Positions 60,776 to 64,000 of a DNA stretch of 64,000 nt are shown piece by piece (position 1 is the first letter of the stretch; the number at the start of each line of letters is the position of its first letter). The translations under genes and the position numbers were made by a program. The notes beneath the pieces are model-generated. The model had not been told where the DNA came from and searched no databases. It saw only the letters and a list, made by a program, of their open reading frames with translations. The stretch is from contig OX597834.1 in assembly GCA_951406725.2 (NCBI GenBank), forward strand, positions 3,906,001 through 3,970,000, read 5' to 3'. The DNA comes from Octopus vulgaris (lineage: Eukaryota).

Positions 60776-62829
60776 GGCGCGGTTGTGTAGGAGGGAAAAA
60801 TAAATCAGGTTTTAAAATATTTTCTATGGCTTTATTACGTAACGATTAGAAGTGTGGGGGGGGGGGATTTTTCTAAAGCCACCTCCTACGTTAATTAATC
60901 TGTTAATGTCTTCCGTTCATTGTCTTAGTAAGTCTCAAAAACACATACCAGATCGTAACGAGCACAACGCCCAAATAATTGCGTCTTCTCAACTCATAAA
61001 GCTAATCCAACATTTTAAGCGAATAAAAATTAAATTTATTTTACATTTCTACTTCAAAAATAAATCCACATATAACCACAGACCATATCGGGTTTATTTA
61101 CACACACTCACTCACTCCCCTTAATGGCCAGATCACTATCGATTTCTTTCCTTTTGCGACTTTTATCTATTGATTATTCGTTTCCAATGGAATACAAGAC
61201 AAGATAATGCTCGATCGCTTTTACGAAGCAGAACTGATAAAGCCATATTATTTATTTGCCTATTCATTCATCTAGCACTACAGTCTACTTGTTATTAAAA
61301 TGTGGATATTAAATATTATTTTCTTATTTAAATAAAACTATTTTGTGAATTTCTTTCACAAACATGGATTTGTTTTATACACGTAAAGCCCATTATCTGG
61401 GTCGATTATTTAAATTTTACACAATTTAGCTTCTACTAATATCGACCTTTTGGACACTTAGTAAACGAATTAAAAAAAAAAAATCTTGATTTACCTATTC
61501 CTATTTCATTCACACCTGGTTGTTAGCAAAAGGTGCGAATAATAATAAAGACGTAGGAAAGATTTTTCATTTAAAAAAGGACAATATTGAAAAACTTGAA
61601 CGATTGTCACAATTCGCTGTTTACGAAATCTCAGGGACGCCCCACCCCAACGAGGAAGATAAACAAGTGTCACATTTTTGCGCTTTCCCACTTTGTTTCA
61701 GAAAAAAACTTCTCGGAAAATGCATATTTTTAAAGGAAATATTACACAAATCATTTTCAAGGGTGTAAAATTACTGCCAACATTAAAAATTTTATTTCAG
61801 AGGAATTCGGAATCAGTGTTCCACCCTTTTTGTTCATATTTAAAGAAATACATTTCCGAGTGTGTTGTTAACGTAATGCAATTCTTTTATGTTGATATTT
61901 TTAGACATTTAAATCTGAAAAACAAGTGGAAAATGTTAAAGTTACAAAAAAAAAAAACCCGTCAAAGGAAAAAATTTATAAACAAAATCATATTTTACAC
62001 ACTCGAAAACCTATTCCCGCAAAATTTAATTAGGAAAACAAAAAGTTTTCGAAAAGTTACGAAGAAACAAAATCGGCGCATCGACCCATAGTTTTGCCAA
62101 TAAACATAGAACGGTTTTATGATACAAAGAATCAATTCTGTTAATAGAATCTCTGAAAAATATTCCATAAAAAATACAAACCTTTAAAGGGAGGTGTGTC
62201 GAGGAATTAGAGTGAGGGACGTAGGAGCGGTTGTTTCCCTTGGAATACAAACCTTGCACCACCTGCTAGAAATAGCAGCCAAATTTACCGTCAAACTACA
62301 CCCTACTGTCTCAAAATAAAAGTTCGGACTACCCACAACATACCCCATACTATTTTACACGTGTAGTCTGGTCAGGTGAGAGGAGGAATGGTTATATCTA
62401 GGAAAATAGATCTTGATTAACACCTCATCTCAGTTTCACTTTTGACCCGAATAATTCCGCTTTGTTTCCTTTCTAGTTTGACCGCGATTTTGTACAAGGA
62501 AAGATATTTTAATTTCTTTTTTCTTCCAATTCATGTTGCCACCTGTCTTCGAAATGTTTAAGAGGAATAGGTAGTGACTCGATGGTACCATAGCATTTTA
62601 AAAGAAATTTCCTATCACCTTTACCTGTTGCTTAATTAAGGTAAGGCGTGATGCGATCAAACTCAGAAATGAAATGACACTAAAATGTTGTATTTTTTTC
62701 TATAAAACTGAAATATTATTTCGATATTGTTTGGATATAGAAAAAATGGCTGGCCTTTTTACATGGCAAAGCACCCGAGACAACAATTGCCATCATTGAT
62801 TGCAAGGGATTATGTCGCACAAGATATTT

Positions 62830-63000
62830 GTGCATGGCCTAGTGTTTGCAGCGTTGCACACCGGATCGTGGGTTCGATTCCCGCACCGGACTTTTTTTTT
62901 TTTTTTAATCAAAACACTTCATTTTACCGTTGCCCCGCGATCATTTCGGCGTCAGACATGTGGCACTCGGTGCCCCTGTAGAGGCAGAGTTGATTTGATG
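62830..63000 (+). mobile_element. tRNA-derived SINE (additional family, diverged)
   Basis: tgcatggcctagtg (A box), gggttcgattccc (B box), no complete cloverleaf. Confidence 0.55.
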
Positions 63001-64000
63001 GATAGATTGTTTTTTTATGTGCAATATAAACACCTAATCATTATCAACAGTCACCTGTGCAGGTTTTTCAGTTATAAAATGCAGAACCGTCTTTCTTGGG
63101 CTCGAAAGACTACCATTTTAGGTTGTTTATTTTTTGCTTTGTTTTACTTTTTTAAGCATCGTTGGTGTTTAATTCATAATTCAGAGGTATTCTCTGAGGA
63201 ATCGGTGGAGAATCGTCAAACATTGCCCAGTAAAGTTTATGTCTTTGTGGGTAGCAGCAGCAGCAACATACATTCAACAGTAGGGTCCTTGGCTAATCCT
63301 TAGATTTTGCTTCATTATTAAAAAGATTATAATGAAATATATCAAAAGTATTTTATTTAAGAAAACTGGATTTTATAATTACCATTTTGTAACATTACGT
63401 TTGGGCTTCGATTCATTTCAAAAAATTCTTGCATCTTTATTTCACCAAATTACGATACCTTTTGATTTCGGTAGTTTCACTTTCGGATCATTAAACGAAA
63501 CATCGCCTCTACTCTTTCCTTCTTTCTTTCTCCCCTCCCCCTACCGACTGCATTAAGCAATGTATACTATATTTTCAAATTTCAAGGAAATGTAGCTGCT
63601 ACTTCTTGCCAACATAGGCGCTTAGTTGTTTCTTCGTTAATTAACCCCGATAAAACAAACAGATGTGATTTGAAGAAATTTGGCTGCTATTTCTATTTGA
63701 GTCAGCGACTACATGGTAGCTGTCACGGTGACTCGTGAAGGCTTTGCGAAAAGTTAATCCTTCCTTAGAAAAAAAAGGAAGTGAAGGTTAGAAACTGGGG
63801 GGAGTGGGGTGGAATTTCGTCCTACGCGGGTACATGCATGTGCCAGGGTGCCCTTGGTAGCAGGCAGGAGTGATGAAAGGGTTTTTTGTGGACAATTAGT
63901 GAGGCGTATGTATGTGTATAGCAGTATGTTTAAGTACTTGGTGTTGCTTAGTGTGAGTGACTAAATGTTTTGGGGATGCGTGTAGGATGGTGGGAGAGAA

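Noticed and set aside
61490-61700. First coding exon of the minus-strand gene (AG|GTAAAT donor at ~61495)
   Set aside because: The phase-2 frame needed for exon 47937 contains TGA; it could only be non-coding and is unsupported.
1-64000. Intact transposase, RT, Fanzor/TnpB or prokaryotic defence system
   Set aside because: No long ORF other than 18025-19074; all TE coding fragments are disrupted, and I saw no RuvC-like motifs.

Overview
AT-rich, microsatellite-dense eukaryotic DNA. The repeat families (tRNA-headed SINEs with internal (TA)/(TG) tracts, non-autonomous Helitrons, CR1/RTE/Tx1/Dong LINE fragments, Penelope-like elements) resemble those of an octopus or other coleoid cephalopod; this is inferred from recall, not a database search. 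Most ORFs in the supplied track are microsatellite or SINE artefacts. One plausible minus-strand protein-coding gene crosses the window. It has a well-bounded internal exon (47642-47937) and a long Ser/Thr-rich terminal exon (18025-19074); its product is unidentified and I found no start exon. Between these exons lie several short candidate exons that all fit the phase-1 donor at 47642: one ends in a CaaX motif (CSTM*), a duplicated pair ends in PTS1-like SRI*/SKI*, and a 23-nt microexon restores frame into the long terminal exon. Together they suggest alternative C-termini that switch subcellular targeting. The second theme is at least seven minimal type-I hammerhead ribozyme motifs in Penelope-like or short non-coding elements. 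These include core variants and one Penelope copy whose inverted terminal arm starts at the predicted self-cleavage site. All coordinates were read by eye; repeat boundaries are approximate.
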